Shown here piece by piece: positions 50,909-64,000 of a stretch of 64,000 nucleotides of DNA (positions are counted from its first letter, which is position 1; each line of letters starts with the position of its first letter). Made by a program: the position numbers and the translations under genes. Source of the DNA: Dehalococcoidia bacterium (GTDB lineage: Bacteria > Chloroflexota > Dehalococcoidia > UBA2979); NCBI GenBank assembly GCA_964291495.2, contig OZ219871.1:992001-1056000 (forward strand), written 5' to 3'. The notes beneath the pieces are model-generated. The model was not told the DNA's origin, ran no database searches, and saw nothing but the letters and a program-made list of their open reading frames with translations.

Positions 50909-52897
50909 ATGGGCACCTGGGTCGGACGCTACGCCATCGTCGGCGGCGAGGTTCGCGAGGACGGACCTTGGCTCGCCGAGCAACTGCGCTTCAGCGACGA
51001 GGAGCGCGTCCATCTCTTCGTGCTCGCCGATCCCGCGGACGAGCGTTCCGCCGACTTCTGCCAGGAGGTCGCCAGCGCCGTCGCCGACCTGTTCGCGGCG
51101 GAGTCGCTGTCGCTGACCGGCGGGCTGCTGCGCGCGCTGCGCCAGGCGCACCGCAACCTGGCCGAGTGGAACAGCCGCTCGCTGCGCGAGCACCGCGTCT
51201 CGATCGGCGTCACCTGCCTGGCTGTGCGCGGCGACAGCGCGACCGTCGCCCAGGCCGGCCCCGGCGTCGTCTACGTCGCTGCTCCCGACGGCGTGCGCCG
51301 CATCACCTCCGAGGGCGCCGACGCCGCGCAGCCCCTCGGGGGAGTCGACCGGCTTGAGCCGCTGTTCACGGGGATGCCGCTCGAACAGACGAAGATCCTG
51401 GTGCTCAGCAGCGCCGCCGAGGAGGCGGCCGGGTCCGCGGCGATCAGCCAGGCGCTGGAAGGGGATCCGGACCGCGCCCTCGCCGAGGTCTTCCGCCTGA
51501 CCCGGGAGGTGGACGACATGACGGCGGTGCTGATCGCCGACGTGCCCGACGCCGCGACCGAACCCGCCCCCGTGGAGATCGATTTCCCGGACCGCGAGGC
51601 TCCCCCTGACGACCAGGGAGCAGCCGTCGCCGAACCTCCGGCGCCGATCATCACCTCGCCGGCTCCGCAGCCGGCGTCCGGCAGACGGCGCTTGCCGCGC
51701 CTGCGCCGCCCCCGACTGGCCGGCGCGCCGCGCAACCGGCGGCGCTGGCTGATCGCCGGGCTGCTGGTAGTCGCCGCGCTGCTCGCCTCGGCCGCCACGT
51801 ACTACCTGCCGCCGCTGTTCGAGAGCGATCCGCAGGCCGAGGTCGAAGAGCGGCTCAGCGCCGCCAACGCCTTCCTCGATGCGGCTGCCGAGAACGACGA
51901 CATCGCGTGGCAGCGCCAGCACTTCCAGGCGGCGCTCGCCGAGCTTGAGCAGGCGCGAGCGGCCGGCACCGAGGATCCGCGCATCAATGAGCTCCAGGCC
52001 GGCGTGCAGCAGCGCCTGGACGACCTCAACGGCGTCGTCGAGGTCGGCGATCTGCGGCGCATCCTGCAGTTCGCCGGATCGCTGAGCGCGCCCCTCACTC
52101 CGGCGAATCTCGTCCTCGGCGGCGACTGGCTGTGGCTGCTCGACGGCGATCGCGGGCGTGTCTTCGCGATCGATCCCGCGGGCCAGGAGCCGTCGCTCGA
52201 GGCGTACCGCGCGGGGGTGCGCTACGGCGCCGCCATCGCCGCGCGTCCCAGCGTCATCGCCTGGGACGAGGTGGCCGCCCGGCTGCTGCTGATCGACGAG
52301 TCGCGCAGGCTGTTCGACCTCGTGCCCGGGGAGCTGCCCACTGCCCTGCCGCTGCGCGACGCCGACGAACTGGGGACGATCGACTCCATCGCCGCCTACG
52401 AGGGCAACCTCTACGTCCTCGACACGCTCGGCGCCGAGGTCTGGCGCTACCGCCCGGTCGACGACGGCTTCGACACGGAGCGCACCGGCCTGATCGGCGG
52501 AACGCTGCCCGGCGCGGCGGGCGGCGCGCCGCACGAGGGCGCGCTGCGGCTGATCGTCGACGGCGATCTTCACCTGCTCGTCGGGGACACCGTCCGCCGC
52601 TTCAGCCTCGGCCGGCAACTGGGCCCGCTGCTGGAGGGCATCGATCGGCCGCTCAACACGCCGGTCGGCATCGCCCGCGATTCTGCCGACGGCGTCCTCT
52701 ACGTCGCCGACCGCGGCAACCGCCGCATCGTGGTGAGCGGCGACGATGGTGCGTTCCTGCGCCAGTTCGTGCACCCCACTCTGCTCGACATCCGCGCGCT
52801 CGCACTCTCCCCGGACGGCGCCACGATCTACATCCTCACCGGCACGAGCATCGAGGCCTTCGATCCCGCGGCGAACCTGCAGCCGGAGGCGGAGTGA
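50909..52897 (+). CDS. Membrane protein: PP2C-like N-domain, single TM, extracytoplasmic NHL/beta-propeller
   Basis: N-domain ends DDMTAVLI; TM WLIAGLLVVAALLASAA; YEGNLYVLD, LYVADRGNRRIV. Confidence 0.7.
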   Translation: MGTWVGRYAIVGGEVREDGPWLAEQLRFSDEERVHLFVLADPADERSADFCQEVASAVADLFAAESLSLTGGLLRALRQAHRNLAEWNSRSLREHRVSIGVTCLAVRGDSATVAQAGPGVVYVAAPDGVRRITSEGADAAQPLGGVDRLEPLFTGMPLEQTKILVLSSAAEEAAGSAAISQALEGDPDRALAEVFRLTREVDDMTAVLIADVPDAATEPAPVEIDFPDREAPPDDQGAAVAEPPAPIITSPAPQPASGRRRLPRLRRPRLAGAPRNRRRWLIAGLLVVAALLASAATYYLPPLFESDPQAEVEERLSAANAFLDAAAENDDIAWQRQHFQAALAELEQARAAGTEDPRINELQAGVQQRLDDLNGVVEVGDLRRILQFAGSLSAPLTPANLVLGGDWLWLLDGDRGRVFAIDPAGQEPSLEAYRAGVRYGAAIAARPSVIAWDEVAARLLLIDESRRLFDLVPGELPTALPLRDADELGTIDSIAAYEGNLYVLDTLGAEVWRYRPVDDGFDTERTGLIGGTLPGAAGGAPHEGALRLIVDGDLHLLVGDTVRRFSLGRQLGPLLEGIDRPLNTPVGIARDSADGVLYVADRGNRRIVVSGDDGAFLRQFVHPTLLDIRALALSPDGATIYILTGTSIEAFDPAANLQPEAE

Positions 52898-52937
52898 GCG
52901 GCCGGACCGTACGGCTCGCCGCGATATCCTGTAGCGC

Positions 52938-53948
<1,011 letters not shown>

Positions 53949-53971
53949 CCCGCACCCGACACCCGCCCTCG

Positions 53972-54290
53972 ATCCGGCCCCCTCTCCCTGGGGAGAGGGC
54001 GGGGGTGAGGGGGCTCGTCGGCCTGGCTCCCGGCTTGATCGGTTGTTGCGCCCTCCGGGGCCCTTCGAGGGGCCCTCGAAGCGTTCGTTGCCCCTCGGGG
54101 CTTCGGTGCGCGCCTGCTGGCCGTGCTGGCGCGGCTGGATTCCGGCTTTCGCCGGAATGACGGGAACGGGCGCGGAATGAGGGAAGGGCGGACCCGGAAT
54201 GACGGAGGCGACGGAGCCGAGGGGTGTGGGGGCACAGCCCCCACGAAGCGGGGGCGCAGCCCCGCATCCATCGAGGGCGGGTGGGTGGGG
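53972..54290. repeat. Intergenic composite REP-like cluster
   Basis: Same motifs as 38844-39285 plus GTGGGGGCACAGCCCCCAC and GGGGCGCAGCCCC hairpins; between convergent tsaD and rimO. Confidence 0.88.
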
Positions 54291-54347
54291 AGAGGGAGCC
54301 GGATCCGGCCTCGGTGGGGCCGACGGCGTGAAGGGCGGGAAGGCGCG

Positions 54348-55637
54348 CTACGTGAGCGGGGTGCAGACCAGGTCGTAGGGGAGGGCGGTGTCGACGCGCA
54401 CGCGGACGAACTCGCCCGAGGCGTACTCGCCGCGCACGAAGGCGAGGCCGTCCACCTCCGGGGCGTCGCGGTAGCTGCGGCCGACGACGAAGCGCGAGCC
54501 GTCCTCCTGCTCGCTCGGCTCGTCCGACTCGATCAGCACCTCCAACTCGCTGCCGACCAGCTCGCGGTTGCGCTCGATCGAGATCTGCTGCGCCAGCTCC
54601 ATGAGGCGGCCGTAGCGCTCCGCCGCGACCTCGTGCGGCACGGCCTCGCCGAGGTCCGCCGCGGGCGTGCCGGTCTGCGGCGAGTAGGTGAACGCCCCGA
54701 CGTGGTCGAAGCGCTGCTCCTCGACGAAGTCGAGCAGCTCCTCGAACTCCTCCTCCGTCTCGCCGGGGAAGCCGACGATGAAGGTGGTGCGCAGCGCGGC
54801 CTCGGGCATCGCCTCGCGCAGCGTCTCCAGGCTGCGGCGGGCGACGCGCAGGCTCGGTCGCCGCATCCGCCGCAGCACGCTCGGCGATCCGTGCTGCAGC
54901 GGCATGTCGAGGTAGGGCGTGACGTTCGGCAGCCGCGCCATCGTCTCCGCGAGCCGGGGCGTGACGCGCCCGGGGTAGGCGTACATCAGCCGCAGCCAGC
55001 GCACCTCCGGGACCGCCTCGGCAAGCCGCTCCAGCAGCTCGGCCAGGCCGTCGCGCTGCGCGCGGTCCTCGCCGTAGGCGGTCGAGTCCTGCGCGACCAG
55101 CACCAGCTCGCGCACGCCCGAGGCTGCCAGCGCCCGCGCCTCCGCGATCAGCCAGTCCTCCGGCTCCGAGTGCATGCGGCCCTTGATCGTCGGGATGATG
55201 CAGAACGTGCACGGCCGGTCGCAGCCGTCCGAAATCTTGAGGTAGGCGCTCGGCCCCGTTGCCAGCAGCGCCGGCTGCGGGATGTCGAAGTCCGCCGAGC
55301 CCGAGCCAAGCGAGGCTGCGACGGCGTCCCAGGCCTCGACGCCGAACGTGGCGTCGACGGCCGGTACGGCGCGCCGCACCTCCGCCTCGGCGATCTGCGT
55401 GAGGCAGCCGAGCACGTAGAGCTGCTGGTCGGGCCGCCGCTCGGCATCCAACTCGGCGATCACCTCGAGCGACTCGTCCTTCGCGTCGTCGATGAAGCCG
55501 CAGGTGTTGACGAGCAGCAGCTCGGCCTCGTGTGCGGACGCCATCGCCTGGTGCCGGGCGTGGCGCAGCGCGCGCTCGAGCCGCATCGAGTCGACGGTGT
55601 TCTTGGCGCAGCCGAGCGTGACGAGGTGGTAGCGCAC
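54348..55637 (-). CDS. rimO: Ribosomal protein S12 methylthiotransferase
   Basis: LGCAKNTVDS, NTCGFI..AK.ES, CDRPCTFC, RLMYAYP, DAPEVDG. Confidence 0.94.
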   Translation of the reverse strand: MRYHLVTLGCAKNTVDSMRLERALRHARHQAMASAHEAELLLVNTCGFIDDAKDESLEVIAELDAERRPDQQLYVLGCLTQIAEAEVRRAVPAVDATFGVEAWDAVAASLGSGSADFDIPQPALLATGPSAYLKISDGCDRPCTFCIIPTIKGRMHSEPEDWLIAEARALAASGVRELVLVAQDSTAYGEDRAQRDGLAELLERLAEAVPEVRWLRLMYAYPGRVTPRLAETMARLPNVTPYLDMPLQHGSPSVLRRMRRPSLRVARRSLETLREAMPEAALRTTFIVGFPGETEEEFEELLDFVEEQRFDHVGAFTYSPQTGTPAADLGEAVPHEVAAERYGRLMELAQQISIERNRELVGSELEVLIESDEPSEQEDGSRFVVGRSYRDAPEVDGLAFVRGEYASGEFVRVRVDTALPYDLVCTPLT

Positions 55638-55646
55638 GCGGGCGGC

Positions 55647-56399
55647 CTACTCGGGTTCCCTGGCCACCACCAGCGTGACCCCCTGCCCTGCCGCCAGCAC
55701 CTCGCCCGGCGCCGGTGTCTGGGCGAAGACGTGACCGGGCTCGGCCTCGCTGCTCTCGACCTCGACCACCAGCGCCGTGGTGCCGAGTTCGAGTACCCGC
55801 TGCTCCGCCTCGGCCTTCGTGAGGCCGCTGAGGTCCGGCATCTCCTCCGCGAGCGGCGTCGCCGTGCTCTCTGCGGTGGGGGCCACCGACCCTTCGCCAT
55901 TGGTCCCATCGTCGGAGCCGCCGAATCCGATGTTGGGCACGCCGAAGATAAACGCCGCGACGAGGACGATCGCCGCCGCGGCCGCAAGCAGGATCCAGCG
56001 CCGGCTGATGGCGGGCAGCACGCCCACGCCCTCGCGCAGCCGCAGGCCGGGCAGCGGATCGAGACCCGGCGGCTCCGGCAGGTTGTCAGGCAATCGCTCG
56101 ACCGCGTCCTCGGGATCGATGCCGAGGAAGCGGGCATAGAGACGAACGAAGCCGCGCACGTAGACGGGCGCGGGCAGCACGTCGAAGCGATCGGCCTCGA
56201 TCGCGTCGAGGTAGCCGTAGCTGATGCGCGTCTCCTCGGCGGCCTGATCGAGCTCAAAGCCGGCGGCGAGCCGGTGCTCGCGCAGCCAGCTGCCGAGGGT
56301 GTTCGGCAGGGCGCCGGTTTCGGGGCCGGGCGCGTTCGCTTCCTCGCCGTCCAGCGACGCGTTCCTGTCAGAGCGGCGGAACAACCCGCGCAACACCAC
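55647..56399 (-). CDS. RodZ-like HTH protein with TM and C-terminal PASTA domain
   Basis: ETRIS..YL.AIE...F..LP..VYVRGFVR.YA.FLG.D; TM; MPDLSGLT...QTPAPG. Confidence 0.85.
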   Translation of the reverse strand: MVLRGLFRRSDRNASLDGEEANAPGPETGALPNTLGSWLREHRLAAGFELDQAAEETRISYGYLDAIEADRFDVLPAPVYVRGFVRLYARFLGIDPEDAVERLPDNLPEPPGLDPLPGLRLREGVGVLPAISRRWILLAAAAAIVLVAAFIFGVPNIGFGGSDDGTNGEGSVAPTAESTATPLAEEMPDLSGLTKAEAEQRVLELGTTALVVEVESSEAEPGHVFAQTPAPGEVLAAGQGVTLVVAREPE

Positions 56400-57445
56400 T
56401 ACGCGCCATCGACGCCCGGGAACTCCACGAGCGACTTCAGCCCCTCCATCGCCAGCCTCGAGGCGTAGGCCTGCGGGGCGTGCTCGATCCCGTAGCGGTT
56501 TGTCACGACCTCATCGATGTGTGCGACGTGGGGGAGCAGCGCCACCGTGCGGCGGTACTGGTCGCTGGTGGCGTTCTGCGAGCCGGTCAGGATCACCTCC
56601 CCGTAGTGCACGAGGTTCGGGTCGAACGGCACGTCCTCGCCCGGCGGGAAGCCGGCGAAGAGGTTGACCACGCCCTGCGGCCGCACGAGCTCCAGCGCGG
56701 GTCCCACGAGGGCGGAGACGCCCACGGAGAGCACCACGCCGTCGGCGCCCGCGCCGCCGGTCGCATCACGTACGGCCCCGGTCACGTCATCGGTGGCGGG
56801 GTCGAGCACGAGGTCCGCGCCCCAGCGCGCCGCGATCGCGCGCCGCTCGGCGAGCGGCTCGCTCACGATGATCGGCGCGGCCCCGGCCGCGCGGGCGAGC
56901 AGCACGTGCAGCAGCCCCATCGGCCCCGCGCCGATGATCGCGAGCGAGCTGCCGATACCGGTGGCGCACAGCTCGAGCGAGGCGGTGACGCAGGCAGCCG
57001 GCTCGGTCAGCGCGGCCACGTCCAGCGGCAGCTGGTCCGGCGCGCCGATCACCTGTCCGCGCCCCACGATCTCGGCGGGCACCAGCAGCGACTCGGCGAA
57101 GCCGCCGTCGATGTCGTAGCCGAGCGTCCGGCGGTTGGTGCAGCGGTTGCGCTTCCCGGTCTGACAGAAGCGGCAGCGTCCGCAGGAGACGATCGGGCAG
57201 ATCACCACGCGGTCGCCCTCGGCGACGTCCGCGACGCCCTCGCCGACCTGGTCGACGACGCCGGCGATCTCGTGGCCGGGGATGACGCCGGGGCGGGCGT
57301 GCTTCTCACCCTTGTAGACTCGCACGTCCGAGGCGCAGAGAGAGGAGGCGGCCGTGCGCAGCCGCACCTCGCCGGGCCCGGCTTGCGGGGTGGGGCGGTC
57401 CTGGACGGAGATCTTGCCGGGCTCTTCGAAGATCGTCGCGCGCAT
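56399..57445 (-). CDS. Zn-dependent (polyol-type) dehydrogenase
   Basis: LCASD, GHEIAG, CGRCRFC...C, GAGPMG. Confidence 0.9.
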   Translation of the reverse strand: MRATIFEEPGKISVQDRPTPQAGPGEVRLRTAASSLCASDVRVYKGEKHARPGVIPGHEIAGVVDQVGEGVADVAEGDRVVICPIVSCGRCRFCQTGKRNRCTNRRTLGYDIDGGFAESLLVPAEIVGRGQVIGAPDQLPLDVAALTEPAACVTASLELCATGIGSSLAIIGAGPMGLLHVLLARAAGAAPIIVSEPLAERRAIAARWGADLVLDPATDDVTGAVRDATGGAGADGVVLSVGVSALVGPALELVRPQGVVNLFAGFPPGEDVPFDPNLVHYGEVILTGSQNATSDQYRRTVALLPHVAHIDEVVTNRYGIEHAPQAYASRLAMEGLKSLVEFPGVDGA

Positions 57446-57523
57446 CGAGTGTCCCGGTTCCTCACTGTCGCCGTCGGGCCGCGGGCCTGTGCCTCGCAGT
57501 ATCGCAGCGTGCGGCGAGGGCTG

Positions 57524-59167
57524 CTACTCGCCGCCGCCGCGCAGCCCCGCCAGCCACTGCACGCCCGCGTGGTACTCGCGGCTCCCGAGCACTGCCGCGG
57601 CCGCGAGGAAGGCGAACAGCCCCCCGAGGCCGCAGGCCGCCGTCAGCACAAGCGAGCCGAGCAGCTCCTTCGGATCCGCCCCCGCCGCGCGCAGCAGGAT
57701 CAGCAGCAGGATCAGCGTCAGCACCATCACCAACGTCGCCAGCAGCGTGTGCCCCGCCGAGACCGCGAGCGCCGAGGCGTCGAACCCCTCGAGGCGGCCG
57801 CGCAGCGCCCGGAGCAGCAGCAGCAGCTCCACGATCGCTGCGACGGAGGCCGCCGCCGCCAGTCCGCGAATGCCGAGCGGCTCCACCAGGGCGGCGCAGA
57901 GCACGACGTTGATCACCATCCCGACCAGCGCGAACGTGACCGGCGTGCGCGTATCGGACAGCGCGTAGAAGCCGCGGCTGAGGATCTCGATTGCCGCGTG
58001 CGCCCAGACCGCGACCGCGTAGATCGTGAGCGCCTCGACGACGAGGTTTGTGGAGGCCGCGTCGAAGGCGCCGCGCTGCAGCAGCAGCCGCACCGCCGGC
58101 TGGGCGAGCAGGATGAGTCCAGCCGAGGCGGGGATCGCGAGGAAGAGGATCATCCGCAGCGTCGCGTCGAGCGAGCGGCGGAGGCTCGCGATGTCCTCGC
58201 GCGCGGCCTGCTGCGAGAGCTGCGGGAAGGCCGCCGTCGAGATCGCCATCCCGATCACGCCCACCGGCAGCAGCATCACGAGGAAGGCGAAGTTGATCGC
58301 GCTGATCGCCTCGTCCGAGATGAACGAGGCGAAGAAGATCACCACCACCAGGTTGACCTGCGCGGCCGCCAGCCCTACCACGCGCGGCCCCATCAGGCGC
58401 AGCACCTCGCGCACCCCCGCCGAGGCGACATCGACCGCGGGCCGCCAGCGCATGCCGACGGCGCGCAGCGCGGGCAACTGCACCAGCAGGTGCCCGCTCG
58501 CTCCGATCACCACGCCCCAGGCGAGGCCGTGCACGCCCCAGCGCTCCGCCAGCACCACCGCCCCGAAGATGATCCCGAGGTTGTAGAGGGAGGGCGCGAT
58601 CGCCGGAGCGAGGAAGTGCTGCCGCGCGTTGAGGATGCCGGTCAGCATGCCGGAGATGCCGAACAGCAGCGGCGAGATCAGCATCAGCCGCGTCAGCTCG
58701 ACGGCGAGCGCCTGCAACTCGGCCTCGCGCCCGCTCGCCTCGCCCAGTCCGGGCGCGAGCAGCGGGACGATCAGCGGCGCGAGCACAAAGCCGATCGCCG
58801 CGGCGACGAAGGTGGCGAGGGCGATCAGGTTGAGCACGCTCGAGGCGAGCCACCAGCCCTCGTCCTCGCTCTCGCGCAGCACGACGCGGCTGAAGGTGGG
58901 GATGAAGGCGGCGGAGAGGGTGGCGCCGGCGAGCAGCTGGAAGATCGCGTCGGGCACCCGGAAGGCGACCCAGTAGGCCCCCAACTCGGGCTCGGTGCCG
59001 AAGGCGTCGGCGATCGCGACCGAGCGCAGCAGCCCGAGCAGCCTCGAGGCGATGAAGCCGCCAGCGACGATCCCGGCCGCTCCGGCGGCGGTTCGCGGCG
59101 TCAGTCCCCGGCGCAGGATCCGGAGCAGTCGATGCACGAGCCCGGCCGCGGGCGGCGATGAGGCCAT
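57524..59167 (-). CDS. murJ: Lipid II flippase MurJ (MviN)
   Basis: SRLLGLLR, AFRVPD, SAAFIPTF, LP.GVIG, RGAFD, RGFYALSDTRTP. Confidence 0.93.
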   Translation of the reverse strand: MASSPPAAGLVHRLLRILRRGLTPRTAAGAAGIVAGGFIASRLLGLLRSVAIADAFGTEPELGAYWVAFRVPDAIFQLLAGATLSAAFIPTFSRVVLRESEDEGWWLASSVLNLIALATFVAAAIGFVLAPLIVPLLAPGLGEASGREAELQALAVELTRLMLISPLLFGISGMLTGILNARQHFLAPAIAPSLYNLGIIFGAVVLAERWGVHGLAWGVVIGASGHLLVQLPALRAVGMRWRPAVDVASAGVREVLRLMGPRVVGLAAAQVNLVVVIFFASFISDEAISAINFAFLVMLLPVGVIGMAISTAAFPQLSQQAAREDIASLRRSLDATLRMILFLAIPASAGLILLAQPAVRLLLQRGAFDAASTNLVVEALTIYAVAVWAHAAIEILSRGFYALSDTRTPVTFALVGMVINVVLCAALVEPLGIRGLAAAASVAAIVELLLLLRALRGRLEGFDASALAVSAGHTLLATLVMVLTLILLLILLRAAGADPKELLGSLVLTAACGLGGLFAFLAAAAVLGSREYHAGVQWLAGLRGGGE

Positions 59168-59280
59168 CGCAAGCCATCTTCCCACGCCCGCGCCTCGGCG
59201 GGCCATCGAGCGCGCGGTTGCTCCGGCGTTGCCGCCGAACGGGGGCGTCGTGCATCGTGGGCCACGGTTCGGGGGTGCAC

Positions 59281-59919
59281 ATGACGAGCGATAGAGCCAG
59301 TACGGAGCGGATCCAGCGGGTCTACGCCTCCAGCGACTCGGCCGAGCTGACCAGCGAGTACAACCGCTGGGCGGGGGAGTATGACGCGGACCTCGAGGCG
59401 CTCGGGTACAGCGCGCCGAGGGCCGGGGCCGAGCTGCTGGCGACGTACGTGGCGGACAAGCGGGCGCGGGTGCTCGACGCCGGAGCCGGCACGGGGATGG
59501 TCGGCGAGGAGCTGGCCCGCGCCGGCTTCGAGCGCATCACAGCGCTCGACATGTCGCCGGGAATGCTGGCCCAGGCAGAGCAGAAGGCGGTCTACGAGGC
59601 GCTCGTGGTCGGGGAGCTGGGGAAGCCGCTGCCCTTCGAGACGGGCGAGTTCGCCGGCGTGACGTGCATCGGCGTGCTGACGTTCGGCCACGCTCGGCCG
59701 GAGGCGCTGGACGAGCTGGTCCGGGTCACGGCAGCGGGCGGGGCGGTCGTGTTCTCGATGCGCACGGACTACTACACCGAGGGCGGGTTCGACGTCAGGC
59801 AGACCGCGCTCGAAGCGGCCGGGAAGTGGCGCCTGCTCGAACGCGGCGAGCCGTTCCAGGCGATGCCGGACGGCGAGCCCGACATCTGGCACGAGATGTG
59901 GGCCTACGAGGTGCTGTAG
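59281..59919 (+). CDS. Class I SAM-dependent methyltransferase
   Basis: Y..WA..YD.DL, VLDAGAGTG, DMSPGML. Confidence 0.9.
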   Translation: MTSDRASTERIQRVYASSDSAELTSEYNRWAGEYDADLEALGYSAPRAGAELLATYVADKRARVLDAGAGTGMVGEELARAGFERITALDMSPGMLAQAEQKAVYEALVVGELGKPLPFETGEFAGVTCIGVLTFGHARPEALDELVRVTAAGGAVVFSMRTDYYTEGGFDVRQTALEAAGKWRLLERGEPFQAMPDGEPDIWHEMWAYEVL

Positions 59920-59989
59920 CAGCGCTGATAGACGCTCGCACGCATCGGCGCTAACGTGGTTCGTCGCGAAGCGCGACGAAGGAGCAACG

Positions 59990-60259
59990 GTGGCGCACTC
60001 GAACCAGGCGAAGAAGCGGATCCGCCAGAACGAGCGGCGCGCCGCGCGCAACCGCCCGCTGCGCACCCGCGCCTCGCGCCGCGTGCGCGACGCCCGCGAG
60101 GCGATCATGGACGGCGATCCGGACGCCGCGCTCTACGTGCGCCGCGCCCAGTCCGCCCTCGACAGCGCCGCGAGGCGCAACGTGATCCACCGCAACGCCG
60201 CCGCGCGGCGCAAGAGCCGCCTCGCCGCGCAGCTCAAGGCCGCGCAGATCGCGGACTGA
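59990..60259 (+). CDS. rpsT: 30S ribosomal protein S20
   Basis: AKKRIRQNERR, IHRNAAARRKSRL. Confidence 0.96.
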   Translation: MAHSNQAKKRIRQNERRAARNRPLRTRASRRVRDAREAIMDGDPDAALYVRRAQSALDSAARRNVIHRNAAARRKSRLAAQLKAAQIAD

Positions 60260-60405
60260 GCCTCGAGGCGGGCCTCGCGCCCCCGTTCCAGCAGAAGCCG
60301 TATACTGAGTCGGCCCCGATTCCGGCCCCACACCACAAGGCCGCATCGCGAGCGCGACCGACGCGCCGGGGCCGAAGGCATCGGGCGTGAGCAGAGGAGG
60401 CACCA

Positions 60406-60852
60406 GTGCCAAGCGACCGTGAGCTGACCTGCCGCGACTGCGGCGCGAGCTTCGTCTTCACCGCCGGCGAGCAGGAGTTCTACGCCAGCAAGGGCCTGCA
60501 GCACGACCCCGTGCGCTGCCCCGCCTGCCGCGCCAACCGCAAGGCGATGCGCCCCGAGGACCGCGAGCTCGCCCCCAGCTACGGCACATACGTCTCCTGG
60601 GGCGGCCGCACGCCTCGCCAGCTCCACGTCGCCACCTGCGCCAAGTGCCAGCAGATGACCGAGGTGCCGTTCCTGCCTCGAGGGGACCGGCCCGTCTTCT
60701 GCTCCGGCTGCTACAACTCCGTCCGCGAGGAGCAGGAGGCGGAGGAGGAAGCCGCCGCCGCGCGCCTCGCCGCCCAGATCTCCGGCAGCGGCCACCAGTC
60801 CGAGCGCCCCGAGGGCGCCGGACCGGCCTCCACGATCTCGCTCAACTCGTAG
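60406..60852 (+). CDS. Zinc-ribbon protein with CxxC-x17-CxxC domain
   Basis: LTCRDCG..FVFTAGEQEFY..KG...P.RCPACR; CAKC...VPF.P...RPVFCSGC. Confidence 0.85.
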   Translation: MPSDRELTCRDCGASFVFTAGEQEFYASKGLQHDPVRCPACRANRKAMRPEDRELAPSYGTYVSWGGRTPRQLHVATCAKCQQMTEVPFLPRGDRPVFCSGCYNSVREEQEAEEEAAAARLAAQISGSGHQSERPEGAGPASTISLNS

Positions 60853-60877
60853 CCCGCGCGCGCTGGCAACTCGCCCC

Positions 60878-61110
60878 TCCGGCCCCCTCTCCCCGAGGGA
60901 GAGGGCGGGGGTGAGGGAGGCGCACGCCCGCGCGCCCTCGAACGCAGCGAGGGCGCACCGAACCCCCGACGCCGGATTCGGCTCCCTCTCCCTCGCGGGA
61001 GAGGGCGGGGGTGAGGGGGCGTCGCGCGGCAGCGCGGCCAACGAGGGCGCAACGCAGCCCCGGAAGGGCGGACCCTCCCTCACCCTGACCCTCTCCCTCG
61101 GGGAGAGGAG
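60878..61110. repeat. REP-like palindromic cluster (three copies, last inverted)
   Basis: CCCTCTCCC..GGGAGAGGGCGGGGGTGAGGG at ~60879 and ~60980; inverted copy at ~61076-61109. Confidence 0.88.
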
Positions 61111-61174
61111 ACCGGAGGGCCGTGCGCCGCGCGCCGTTGATCGCCGCGCGATCGCGGCCATAGACTCGACAGAC

Positions 61175-61484
61175 AGGCTGAGACGGAGACAGTAGCCCGC
61201 CGCAGCCAGCTGCCAAGCGAGTCCGGGACGGTGCGAGCCGGACGCAGCCGCGACGGGTGAAGATCACTCCCGAGCCGCCGACCGAACGCGCGGGCGCCTC
61301 GAAGGCATCGAGGACCGGCGCCAGTAGGCTCGGCCGGAGCGCCCACCGTTAGCAGGGGCAGCGCCCTCCGGTTCGCCGGGCGGCGCGTGAAGCGGCGTCG
61401 CCTGCCGGCAGCGGGCCGGACGCGACGCAACGCGGGTGGTACCGCGGGCAACCACGCCCGTCCCGCAGAGGGGCGGGCGTTTTG
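61175..61484 (+). ncRNA. Ile T-box riboswitch leader
   Basis: AUC specifier at 61263-61265, T-box AACGCGGGTGGTACCGCG at 61429-61446, directly upstream of ileS. Confidence 0.9.
61454..61484 (+). terminator. T-box attenuator terminator hairpin
   Basis: ACGCCCGTCCC-gcaga-GGGGCGGGCGT-TTT, overlapping the antiterminator 3' arm. Confidence 0.75.
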
Positions 61485-61524
61485 ACGTCCACATGAAGAG
61501 CGCGGCAGCGCGAGGAGGCCAGCG

Positions 61525-64000
<2,476 letters not shown>

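Overview
High-GC (about 70% by eye) bacterial window, probably Chloroflexota/Dehalococcoidia-like. That placement is inferred from the class V FBP aldolase/phosphatase, DUF1122, the murJ-rpsT and rodZ-rimO neighbourhoods and a type 2 IleRS. About the first 45 kb is a catabolic and accessory region: seven family III (CaiB/BaiF) CoA-transferase genes (nine domains), a double hot-dog dehydratase, an acyl-CoA dehydrogenase, a thiolase-like/DUF35 pair, hydrolases, MFS transporters, TA genes, two EEP-family nuclease paralogues and a small lower-GC islet. The last ~19 kb is housekeeping: fbp, folC, fabF, tsaD, rimO, murJ, rpsT and a T-box leader followed by ileS. There are four composite REP-like repeat clusters. 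No rRNA, tRNA, CRISPR array, integrase or transposase was found. The top candidate is an in-frame UGA in the C-terminal GxGG loop of the thiolase-like gene, followed directly by a stem-loop; this could be selenocysteine recoding. Other notable points are a GXHH-type IleRS2 and CoA-transferases paired as catalytic plus Asp-less partner. Several frameshifts, one in essential ileS, suggest the assembly has base-level errors, so single-base findings need read-level confirmation.
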